From assembly GCA_030019415.1 (NCBI GenBank), contig JASEEX010000007.1, positions 1-62,486 of the forward strand: a DNA stretch of 62,486 bases. Reading direction: 5' to 3'. The notes beneath the pieces were generated by a model that was given only the letters and a program-made list of their open reading frames with translations, was not told the DNA's origin and searched no databases. Each line of letters opens with the position of its first letter. The first letter of the stretch is position 1. Shown piece by piece: positions 37,572-45,896 of the stretch. The translations under genes were made by a program, and so were the position numbers. The DNA comes from Thermodesulfovibrionales bacterium (lineage in GTDB: Bacteria; Nitrospirota; Thermodesulfovibrionia; Thermodesulfovibrionales; SM23-35).

Positions 37572-37757
37572 GAATTTCAGAAAAAGTGTATTGATAAAAT
37601 GATGGGCTTTAAAAAAAGCGGAGTTACAATGGTTTTTGTTTCACATTCTATGACGGATGTAAAGAGGATATGTGATAAGGTGATGTGGATAGAAAACCAT
37701 TCCATAAAAATGACTGGAGAACCCGAGGTTGTTATTAAAGCCTACAGTGGGCTATAA
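37572..37757 (+). pseudogene. wzt 3'-end remnant, copy 3
   Basis: EFQKKCIDKMMGFKKSGVTMVFVSHSMTDVKRICDKVMWIENHSIKMTGEPEVVIKAYSGL* is colinear with the Wzt C-terminus. It lacks the Walker A, signature and Walker B motifs. Confidence 0.85.
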
Positions 37758-37864
37758 TAAAAATCGACAAAGTTGCCTGATCCGGAAGGATCATCCACTC
37801 ATATTGAGAAGGTGCCGTTTGTCATGAGATATTTGAATAAGACATTAGAAGAGGTATCTTCCAG

Positions 37865-38263
37865 ATGAAAAGGTTAAAACAAAACAATCAAAGAGGGTTC
37901 ACACTTATAGAAATACTAATAGTGGTGGCAATAATCGGGCTTATAGCCTCTCTAATAGCTCCGAATCTTCTTGGACGGTTTGAAAAATCAAAGGAAGAGA
38001 TAACCAAGGCACAGGTAGAGATGCTCTCATCAAGTGTTCAATCTTTCATTCTTGATGTTGGTATGTGCCCCAATTCTCTTAACGAACTTATAACCTCCGA
38101 CGATCCTAAATGGCGAGGTCCTTACCTTTCAAAGAAAGAAATACCTCTTGATCCATGGGGTAAAGAATACCAGTATAAATGCCCCGGAGAACATGGCCCC
38201 TTTGACCTTTATTCACTTGGTCCCAATAACAGGCTCGATGAAAGGGCTATAAAGAACTGGTAG
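37865..38263 (+). CDS. gspG: type II secretion major pseudopilin
   Basis: Prepilin leader ...QRG/FTLIEILIVVAIIG with Glu at +5. C-terminal DPWG..Y.Y GspG-type motif. Confidence 0.85.
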   Translation: MKRLKQNNQRGFTLIEILIVVAIIGLIASLIAPNLLGRFEKSKEEITKAQVEMLSSSVQSFILDVGMCPNSLNELITSDDPKWRGPYLSKKEIPLDPWGKEYQYKCPGEHGPFDLYSLGPNNRLDERAIKNW

Positions 38264-38265
38264 CA

Positions 38266-39945
38266 ATGCTTATAGGTGAAATTCTGCTAAACCTCTTCGG
38301 AGTAAAGGCAGAAGATATAAACAAGGCATTAGATATCCAGAAGGAGGTCGGAGGTTATATAGGGCAAATTCTTATTCAGACAGGTACGATCACCGAAACG
38401 CAACTACTCCAAGCCCTTTCAGCACAGCTTAAGCTGCCTGTTTTAAATAGCGAAAATAGCAATTCATCCACAGAAGATATCTTATCTTTCGTAGAGGATA
38501 AGTTAGATATCAATTTTGTTGTTGAGAATGGATTTGTCCCCATTGGGATAGACCATCAATCCCGCATTTTGAGCTTCGTAACAAATGACCCACTAAAAAA
38601 TCCTATCATTAATTATGTTGCAAAGTCCATGGATTACGATATACATCTGATATTGGCCCCTGAAAAAACCATCAAGGATCTTTCAAAAAAATACATTCTG
38701 GATTCTATGGATGGTGTTGTTTCCTTAGGCGTTGAGGAGAGCGTTGAGAGACTGAAAGATATGGCATTTGAGGCACCGGTTATTAAGTACCTGAACAGCA
38801 TGTTGAGCCGTGCCGTAGAGCTGACTGCATCAGATGTCCATATAGAACCTTCTGAGAATAGATATAGGGTGAGGTTTAGAATAGACGGGGTACTGCATGA
38901 TATTGATTCACTGAAAGAGGAATTTTATCTTGCACTGGTATCAAGGATTAAGCTCCTTTCTGGTTTAGATATTGCTGAAAGGAGATTGCCCCAGGATGGG
39001 AAGTTTACCACAAAGATAGGCTCCACCTTCCTTGATTTAAGAATTTCAACAATACCAATCCTCAAAGGAGAAGATGTGGTAATAAGACTCCTATACAGAG
39101 GTAGACTCAGCTTTGACTTGAGGCATCTCGGGCAGATGGATGACCACTATACTATTATCAGGAATATGATCTCAAAGCCATACGGTATGATACTCGTAAC
39201 AGGGCCAACAGGTTCAGGAAAGACTACAACCCTTTACTCCATGCTCACATATCTAAATAACGATGAGAAAAAGATAGTAACCATAGAGGATCCCGTGGAA
39301 TACCAGCTTGGGGGTCTAAACCAACTACAGGTAAAGAGCGATGTAGGATTAACCTTTGCAAGTGCCCTCAGATCTATCCTGAGACATGACCCGGACATAA
39401 TAATGGTTGGTGAGATAAGGGACAAGGAAACAGCGAGGATATCCATCCAGTCTGCCCTTACAGGTCATCTTGTTCTTTCCACATTACACACCAACGATGC
39501 AGCAAGCAGCCTCTTCAGGCTCTTAGACATGGGAATCGAAGATTATTTGATTAATGCCTCTGTTATTGGTATTATTGCCCAGCGTATCATCAGATTGAAC
39601 TGCCCTCACTGTAGCACTGAAGACTATCTCTCAGAGGATATCATAAAACAATACAGGATATATGAGATCCATGATAAATACCGTGCACTTATTGGTAACA
39701 TAAATTTCAGGAGAGGTAAGGGATGTTCCAAATGCGTTGGCACTGGATACAGAGGCCGCACTGCCATATTTGAGCTATTTGAATATGAGGAGGATCTAAA
39801 GAAGATATTCATTAGAATGCATTCCCTTGAGGCTATAAGAGACTCCATTGTCTCTTACCCTTATTTCAGGACATTAAGAGATGATGGGATACTGAAGGTA
39901 ATAGACGGCCGCACAACAATTGAAGAGGTCTTGAGGGTTACTTGA
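38266..39945 (+). CDS. gspE: type II secretion / type IV pilus assembly ATPase
   Basis: Walker A GPTGSGKTTT, Asp box, Walker B, His box (LSTLHTNDA), tetracysteine CPHC...CSKC, and an N-terminal T2SSE_N-like repeat. Confidence 0.9.
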   Translation: MLIGEILLNLFGVKAEDINKALDIQKEVGGYIGQILIQTGTITETQLLQALSAQLKLPVLNSENSNSSTEDILSFVEDKLDINFVVENGFVPIGIDHQSRILSFVTNDPLKNPIINYVAKSMDYDIHLILAPEKTIKDLSKKYILDSMDGVVSLGVEESVERLKDMAFEAPVIKYLNSMLSRAVELTASDVHIEPSENRYRVRFRIDGVLHDIDSLKEEFYLALVSRIKLLSGLDIAERRLPQDGKFTTKIGSTFLDLRISTIPILKGEDVVIRLLYRGRLSFDLRHLGQMDDHYTIIRNMISKPYGMILVTGPTGSGKTTTLYSMLTYLNNDEKKIVTIEDPVEYQLGGLNQLQVKSDVGLTFASALRSILRHDPDIIMVGEIRDKETARISIQSALTGHLVLSTLHTNDAASSLFRLLDMGIEDYLINASVIGIIAQRIIRLNCPHCSTEDYLSEDIIKQYRIYEIHDKYRALIGNINFRRGKGCSKCVGTGYRGRTAIFELFEYEEDLKKIFIRMHSLEAIRDSIVSYPYFRTLRDDGILKVIDGRTTIEEVLRVT

Positions 39946-41144
39946 TGAATTTCCAATACAGGGGGGTGGATATTTCAGGCAAGGAACTGAAGGGGACATT
40001 ATCGGCTATTAACCCCGATGATGCTATGTCAAGGCTAAGGGGGATGGGGCTTACGATTATATATTTAGCCGAAAAGAAAGGCCTTTTAGAGAAGAGGCCC
40101 TTTGGCAAGAAAAGGATAACAGACACGGATCTGTATAATCTCTCGAAGGAATTAAGTGTCCTTCTAAATGCCGGCATAAATATAGATCATGCCCTGGACA
40201 TACTTTTAGGCTCTACCTCAAAAACATCTCTCAAGGATACACTGGCGCAGATTCTCAGGGACATAAAAGGTGGGAAGACCCTGTCGCAGGCGTTTGCAGA
40301 CACTCAAAAGTTTAACCCACTCATAAATGTGATGATAAAGGTTGGAGAGAATGTGGGTGACATCAGAGCTGCCTTTGAAAATATCGCACAGTATATACAT
40401 TTTCAGATACAGTTTAAAAACGAGATAAGAAACGCAATGGCATATCCTATCTTCCTTGTATTTGCAAGCATCGTAATTCTATTTGCTATATTCAAGTTAA
40501 TTATCCCGAGATTTTTCAGCATATTTGGTCAGGAAAGTGCCTCTTTACCCTTTGTCTCGAGGGTACTGTATTCCATCAGCAATTTCATAAACTCCACCAA
40601 TATATTCTTTTTCCTCTTGGGCATTGGCCTGATAGGCATATCTTTAAGATATATGAATCTGAAAAAAATACTTCAAGGGGTCTATTCATACCTCGTATAC
40701 ATCCCGTTTTTAAAAAACCTGATCATACACCTTGAGCTTTCGAAGTTTTCATACTCCATGTACACAATGCTGAAAAGTGGCGTTGAGTTTATAAATGCCC
40801 TGATATTGTCAAAGGATGTTATACAAAACACTATGATGAAGGTAGAAATCGAAAGAACTGAACAACAGATTAAAGAGGGAAAGGGCATTGCAGATGTATT
40901 CTCTTACGTAAGTTTCATGCCGCCCATGATGCATAGCATGCTCAGGGTTGGTGAAACAAGTGGTAATCTAAGGGATATATTCTTTGAATTTTATATGGTC
41001 TTTGATGAGAGGTTCAAGAATTCTATGAGAAGGATACTTGCGCTCGTGGAACCAATAGTTATTACTATAATGGGTGTTGTCGTTGGGATTATTGTTATAT
41101 CCTTGATACTCACGGTTATGAGTGTCAGCAACATAAAGTTGTGA
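39942..41144 (+). CDS. gspF: type II secretion inner-membrane platform protein
   Basis: 400 aa, duplicated GspF domain architecture with 3 TM segments. Confidence 0.9.
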   Translation: MMNFQYRGVDISGKELKGTLSAINPDDAMSRLRGMGLTIIYLAEKKGLLEKRPFGKKRITDTDLYNLSKELSVLLNAGINIDHALDILLGSTSKTSLKDTLAQILRDIKGGKTLSQAFADTQKFNPLINVMIKVGENVGDIRAAFENIAQYIHFQIQFKNEIRNAMAYPIFLVFASIVILFAIFKLIIPRFFSIFGQESASLPFVSRVLYSISNFINSTNIFFFLLGIGLIGISLRYMNLKKILQGVYSYLVYIPFLKNLIIHLELSKFSYSMYTMLKSGVEFINALILSKDVIQNTMMKVEIERTEQQIKEGKGIADVFSYVSFMPPMMHSMLRVGETSGNLRDIFFEFYMVFDERFKNSMRRILALVEPIVITIMGVVVGIIVISLILTVMSVSNIKL

Positions 41145-41150
41145 ACAGGG

Positions 41151-41309
41151 GATTTACCCCGCACCAGCAGAAAGCTACGGGTGTAAACCTGTGGATGAAA
41201 GGTAAAAATATCCCGAGTGGTGCGGGATTTACCCCGCACCAGCAGAAAGCTACGGGTGTAAACCTGTGGATGAAAGGTAAAAATATCCCGAGTGGTGCGG
41301 GATTTACCC
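41151..41309 (+). repeat. 75-bp tandem repeat, 2.1 copies, containing the pseudopilin start codon and leader
   Basis: Units 41151-41225 and 41226-41300 read as identical, and the third copy stops after gatttaccc. Each unit begins TTTACCCCGCACC and ends GGTGCGG (internal inverted repeat). Confidence 0.9.
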
Positions 41310-41683
41310 TCGTCGAGATCCTTATTGTTATCAGCATCGTTGGAATTATGTTGTCTGTTGTCATGCCCGTTTCTTATTCCATGTATAAGACTTATCAAGA
41401 ATCGCTTGAAGCAGAGAAGGTACTGATCTTCCTCTCATCTTTAAAAAGAGAGTCTTTTCTTTATAGCAAGGAGAGCCTTGTAGATACCAAAGACGGTAAG
41501 CTGGTAGTGGACGGTAGTGAAAAAAGGGAGTTTAAGGATATATTTATCCATGCAGAAAGACCCATACTATTTTATAAAAACGGCACGACCTCTGGCGGCA
41601 AATTACGCTTAAACATGAAGAGTAATATATTTCTCATTGGTATTGATCCCCCCTTAGGAGAGATGAGACTAACAAGACAGTGA
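41270..41683 (+). CDS. GspH-like minor pseudopilin
   Basis: MKGKNIPSGAG/FTLVEILIV prepilin signature. The ATG at 41270 is preferred over the GTG at 41141. Confidence 0.65.
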   Translation: MKGKNIPSGAGFTLVEILIVISIVGIMLSVVMPVSYSMYKTYQESLEAEKVLIFLSSLKRESFLYSKESLVDTKDGKLVVDGSEKREFKDIFIHAERPILFYKNGTTSGGKLRLNMKSNIFLIGIDPPLGEMRLTRQ

Positions 41684-42144
41684 TGATCACGATAAAAAGA
41701 AAAATGTTTAACAGTCCATTGCTTAGAGAAAACAAAGGCTTTCTTGTCATAGAGATACTTATAGCAGGACTCATCCTGACAGCAAGCATTGCTGCAACCA
41801 TGTATCTCTTCAGGGTCGGGTTTCAGCATCTGGGGAGGGCAGATGTTTCCAATATCCTTTCATCCAAACTCTCTCAGTCAATAAATCTCATAAAAACCTT
41901 TGACCTCGAGAAAAAGAGCGGAATAGAGGATATCGGAGACGGTGTAACCCTTGCGTGGGAGGCAAGGCTCTTAAACAGTACAAGGCCAGTGATGTATACA
42001 GCTGAAGGAAGTATCCCATCTCCCCATGAGCTTTATTTGTACAGGGTGAGTTTCCAGTTAATATATAAGGATGCTAAAAGGGATTATGAGACCAATATCT
42101 TCAGCTATAAGAGGCTGGTATCCGCTTCAGAGATGCTTTTCTAA
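41680..42144 (+). CDS. GspI-like minor pseudopilin
   Basis: ...ENKG/FLVIEILIAGLIL prepilin-like N-terminus with Glu at +5. Confidence 0.55.
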   Translation: MMITIKRKMFNSPLLRENKGFLVIEILIAGLILTASIAATMYLFRVGFQHLGRADVSNILSSKLSQSINLIKTFDLEKKSGIEDIGDGVTLAWEARLLNSTRPVMYTAEGSIPSPHELYLYRVSFQLIYKDAKRDYETNIFSYKRLVSASEMLF

Positions 42145-42805
42145 TAAGGGTTATACCATCCTGGAGGTTCTTATAGCCATTGCTATATTCACTGCGATGG
42201 TCACTATTGCCTCAATGGCATTGAATCAAGGATTAGGACAATACCATAGACTGATGGAGAGGGGTATTAATTTTTGGGACAATGCAAAATACCTCTGGAT
42301 AAACAAAAGCCTCAATTCAGCAGCAGATTATTATGTATATTCCCGGGATAGCGGGTGGTTTCCATACTTTCGTGGGAATCAGGAGCTTATCTCTTATGTC
42401 TCATCATCACCACTCGCTACAGGTGAACCTGTTGTTGTGTGGATAAGAAACGAGCGCGGGGACGACGGGAACCGCTCCATTGTTTATTATGAACTGCCTG
42501 TTTACGCAAAAAATATGCAAGAAATAGAGAGACAATACCTTTTTGGAGACTTTAAGAAGGGTAACTCCGTAACGCTCCTTAAGGGTATAGGGGATGTCAG
42601 CATTAAATTCTATGGCTATGACCTGCTCGAAAGGCAGTGGTCATGGACAGGGGACTTTGATGGAAGTAAAAGAAAAGTCCTCCCACAAGCGATCAGGATT
42701 GATTATAAAGATATGGGCACAGGGGAGAGAAAAACAGTAATCCTCGGTGTAAATACAAACTCCTTGAATAAGATGATTTACAATGAGATATACCCCCCTG
42801 AATAA
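42086..42805 (+). CDS. GspJ-like minor pseudopilin
   Basis: ...SNKG/YTILEVLIAIAIF prepilin-like N-terminus. 42086 is the nearest in-frame ATG. Confidence 0.55.
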   Translation: MRPISSAIRGWYPLQRCFSNKGYTILEVLIAIAIFTAMVTIASMALNQGLGQYHRLMERGINFWDNAKYLWINKSLNSAADYYVYSRDSGWFPYFRGNQELISYVSSSPLATGEPVVVWIRNERGDDGNRSIVYYELPVYAKNMQEIERQYLFGDFKKGNSVTLLKGIGDVSIKFYGYDLLERQWSWTGDFDGSKRKVLPQAIRIDYKDMGTGERKTVILGVNTNSLNKMIYNEIYPPE

Positions 42806-43703
42806 AGAAAATGGCTCCGCAACACTCCTGACAATCTTCATATCAGCCATTATGATAACCATCGGAATCGGCTTTAACTGGCTTGTCAAGGAGCATCTCA
42901 AGGCGGCAGAAGGGCTCAGGGTAAAATCAGAGGCGATGTTAAGTGCAAAATCCACATTTGATACCCTTGTTTATCTTCTCCTTTCGGGTAAAAAGACACA
43001 GAAGGAATACCTATTCCAGAACGGCGAGGAACTTTTGGGTATCAGAAGTATTCCATTAAATGGCAATGAGGTTACACTAAAAGATGTGAAGATAAGCACC
43101 AGAGACAGTAATGGCATGCTGTCATTGAGCGCTCTGAATGAGTCAGCAATGAAGAGGCTGGTAGAATTGTTTTCAGGAGAAGATGCAACTGGTATAATAG
43201 AAAGTTATCTTGACTGGATTGATAGAGACAGGCTTGTCAGGCTCAATGGGGCGGAAGAATTTTACTATAACTCAAAGGGGCTTCCTTATGTCCCGAGAGA
43301 TTATTTTATCCAATATAAGGAGGAATTCACACTTGTAAAGGGGATGAACAGAGAATTGTATGAAAAGATAGAACCCTATATCACAATTCTTCCATCATTT
43401 GGTTTTAACCCGAATACAGCATCAGAGGAAGTCTTAATGGCATATCTTGATATAGACAGAGATGTAGTTAAATTCCTCAAGGATTACGTTGCCCAGAAGC
43501 CGATCTCATCAGACATGGAATTATTTTCCCTGGTGGGGAAGAGGATTGTTTATGCGGAGGGTATTTATTTTTATCCTTCCCCCTTTATGGAAATAACAAT
43601 AAAAGCTGGCATTCCTGAGACTGTCTATACCATCAATGCAGGTATTGATACCCGTCAGAACCTCACCTTTCCATACAGTGTGATGTACTGGAAGGAAGAA
43701 TGA
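42783..43703 (+). CDS. GspK-like minor pseudopilin
   Basis: Hydrophobic N-terminus without Glu at +5. NPNTASEEVL helix-hairpin-helix-like motif typical of GspK. Confidence 0.6.
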   Translation: MRYTPLNKENGSATLLTIFISAIMITIGIGFNWLVKEHLKAAEGLRVKSEAMLSAKSTFDTLVYLLLSGKKTQKEYLFQNGEELLGIRSIPLNGNEVTLKDVKISTRDSNGMLSLSALNESAMKRLVELFSGEDATGIIESYLDWIDRDRLVRLNGAEEFYYNSKGLPYVPRDYFIQYKEEFTLVKGMNRELYEKIEPYITILPSFGFNPNTASEEVLMAYLDIDRDVVKFLKDYVAQKPISSDMELFSLVGKRIVYAEGIYFYPSPFMEITIKAGIPETVYTINAGIDTRQNLTFPYSVMYWKEE

Positions 43704-43707
43704 AGAT

Positions 43708-44874
43708 ATGCTTGTATCCTACTGGCATAAGAATGGTATAGAAGCTTACAGGGTGAAGAACTCTGAATTGATTAGGATCGCCTCAGGCAATTTAGATACA
43801 CTCAAGCCTTTCACCGGATTCGGTAAAAAGGTCATGATTGTTGCAAGGGAGCTCCTCCTGTATACAAGAAAGAGATACCCCCCTACTACACGGGAAAACA
43901 TAGCCAAAGCTATTTCTATAGAAATCAGGGATCTTTTCCCACTCGAAAGCCCTGCCTACTTTTTCAGGGTATCAGAACAGACTGCTACCTATAGCCTTGC
44001 GGATATATGGGCATGGGATTGTTCTCAATACGAAGGGGTAAGAAAGGTCTTTCCGTTTACCCATGTGCTGCCTGAGGACATGGCATTTATCTCTGATGAG
44101 CCAGAGATAAGCATCTTTGAACACGATGGGTTGAAACACTTGGTCGCATCTAACAAAAATGGATTTATTGGTGGATTATCTCTCAGGACCCTCAGAGATG
44201 ATGCAATAGAGATGTTTTTAAGGAGTCTTGGAAGACACTCCCTTGAGATCAAGAGGATAAGGTTGTATTGTGCCCTGGAAAATTTTTCTTCAGAAAATTT
44301 TTCGGGGACCCTTCCTGTGGTGAATGAGCAGCAAAAGGATTACCCGCTATGTCTGAAAAACATAAACAGATTAGTGCTAAAGGACTTCAGATATGCACGT
44401 GAAATTCCTTTTACCCCGAGCATAGAATTATTACTGAGGTTAATAATCTATCTCATGATTATCTACTCAATCTCTCTTTTTATTACCATCGAAAATTATG
44501 ACAGTGCTATCCTGGAGACATCAAAGAGGCTTGATAGTCTGACAAAGGAACTAGCGGGTGTAGGACAGATAAAAGGCAGCGACGAGCATTCTGATACAAT
44601 AAACGAACTTATTGAAAAACGGAAATCAAGGATAGGCCCCCTTACCGTAATGGATGCACTTGCGGAATTCATTCCGGAGGGCACATCTATAACGAGGATG
44701 ATATTGAACGAAAACAACCTTGAACTTTCTCTATCTTCAAAGGATCCCCTCAATGTTATAAGGAACCTTTCAGGTGCGAGGTGCGTCAAAACTGTGAAAC
44801 TCAAAGGTGCACCCTATAAGGCACAGGATTCATATAACTTTCTCCTGACACTGGAGCTGGTACCATGCGGCTGA
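43708..44874 (+). CDS. GspL-like assembly protein (cytoplasmic domain, one TM, periplasmic domain)
   Basis: 388 aa with a single central TM (LLLRLIIYLMIIYSISLFITI). Call based on position in the operon. Confidence 0.5.
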   Translation: MLVSYWHKNGIEAYRVKNSELIRIASGNLDTLKPFTGFGKKVMIVARELLLYTRKRYPPTTRENIAKAISIEIRDLFPLESPAYFFRVSEQTATYSLADIWAWDCSQYEGVRKVFPFTHVLPEDMAFISDEPEISIFEHDGLKHLVASNKNGFIGGLSLRTLRDDAIEMFLRSLGRHSLEIKRIRLYCALENFSSENFSGTLPVVNEQQKDYPLCLKNINRLVLKDFRYAREIPFTPSIELLLRLIIYLMIIYSISLFITIENYDSAILETSKRLDSLTKELAGVGQIKGSDEHSDTINELIEKRKSRIGPLTVMDALAEFIPEGTSITRMILNENNLELSLSSKDPLNVIRNLSGARCVKTVKLKGAPYKAQDSYNFLLTLELVPCG

Positions 44875-45416
44875 TGGGTCAACTTAAAAGGGAAAGATTG
44901 AAAACAGCGGGGATTTATCTGGTTATCATCCTATTTGTACTAAAATTTGTCCTGATCCCTTTAAGCCACTCTGCAAAGGACAAAAAAACCCTTTTGAATG
45001 AATATACTGAAACATACCGGACAAAGGCCTTAATAAAGGAAAGACAGCTCCATACAGATAAGACGAAAGATGAGTCTATCTCTGAGGAGAGAAAGAGACT
45101 CCTTGATCCTTTGTATACAAAGGATTCTGCTGCCTCTGTAATACAGTCAGAAATCCTCATGTCTGCTATAAAAAGTGCTGAAAAGAATGAAATGGGCATT
45201 CTTAACTTTGAACTCCCTGATACCATCTCAGGAAAGAACCTGAGCGAGATATCCGTCCTTGTGAGATTAAAAGGCATGCCTAAAGGATTGATAGGTCTCT
45301 TGAAGGAGATAGGTAATATGAAGAGACCTGTGGACATCAAGGGTCTTCAGATAGATAAAAGTAGGGACGAATTCGTCTATACCCTTACACTGACCACATA
45401 CAGGATCGAAAGATGA
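44865..45416 (+). CDS. GspM/PilO-like bitopic protein
   Basis: N-terminal TM then about 140 aa periplasmic. Call based on operon position. Confidence 0.45.
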   Translation: MRLMGQLKRERLKTAGIYLVIILFVLKFVLIPLSHSAKDKKTLLNEYTETYRTKALIKERQLHTDKTKDESISEERKRLLDPLYTKDSAASVIQSEILMSAIKSAEKNEMGILNFELPDTISGKNLSEISVLVRLKGMPKGLIGLLKEIGNMKRPVDIKGLQIDKSRDEFVYTLTLTTYRIER

Positions 45417-45892
45417 TGAAAAAATATCTGATGGACATTTTATGCATAGCTATATTTGGATTGTCTATTCCCCTGCTGGTGGTAGAGAAACCAGAGATAA
45501 GCTACAGTACACTAATTAGCAACGCCAGGACGGCAGAACCTGAAAAAAAGAAGGATATGACAGAAACTATTACACGGGTTGAAAAACAGAGGGTCAGGCA
45601 ATATAAGCATATAGAAGAACGCAACATCTTTTCTCCGGATGGTGTTTACAGGATTGTTAAAGGCGAAGCCCCTCCTCCTGAAAATCCATACCGCTTTATT
45701 GGTGTGCTTAGAGGAAAGGATAAAAGGGCTGTATTTATGGATTACACAGGGGAGATTATTACATTAAAACCTGGGGAAAAGCTTGGGGACGGATCTGTTA
45801 TAAGGGATATAGATATCCTTTCTGTAAAATTAAAGAAAGGGAAGAAGGAAACAGAGCTCAGGATATTCAATCTTGACAGGGAGAAGAAGTAA
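45413..45892 (+). CDS. GspC/PilP-like secretin-interacting protein
   Basis: N-terminal TM, RNIFSP motif and a C-terminal beta-rich domain. It lies directly upstream of the secretin. Confidence 0.45.
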   Translation: MMKKYLMDILCIAIFGLSIPLLVVEKPEISYSTLISNARTAEPEKKKDMTETITRVEKQRVRQYKHIEERNIFSPDGVYRIVKGEAPPPENPYRFIGVLRGKDKRAVFMDYTGEIITLKPGEKLGDGSVIRDIDILSVKLKKGKKETELRIFNLDREKK

Positions 45893-45896
45893 GGAC

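Noticed and set aside
37560-37757. ORF 37560-37757 as a functional small ABC-related protein.
   Set aside because: It corresponds only to the C-terminal ~60 residues of Wzt, with no Walker A, signature or Walker B motif. It is one of a series of gene-end remnants.
41141-41269. GTG at 41141 as the start of a 180-aa pseudopilin.
   Set aside because: It would give a leader of about 54 aa made of the tandem repeat. An ATG at 41270 yields a canonical 11-aa prepilin leader before G/FTLVEIL.
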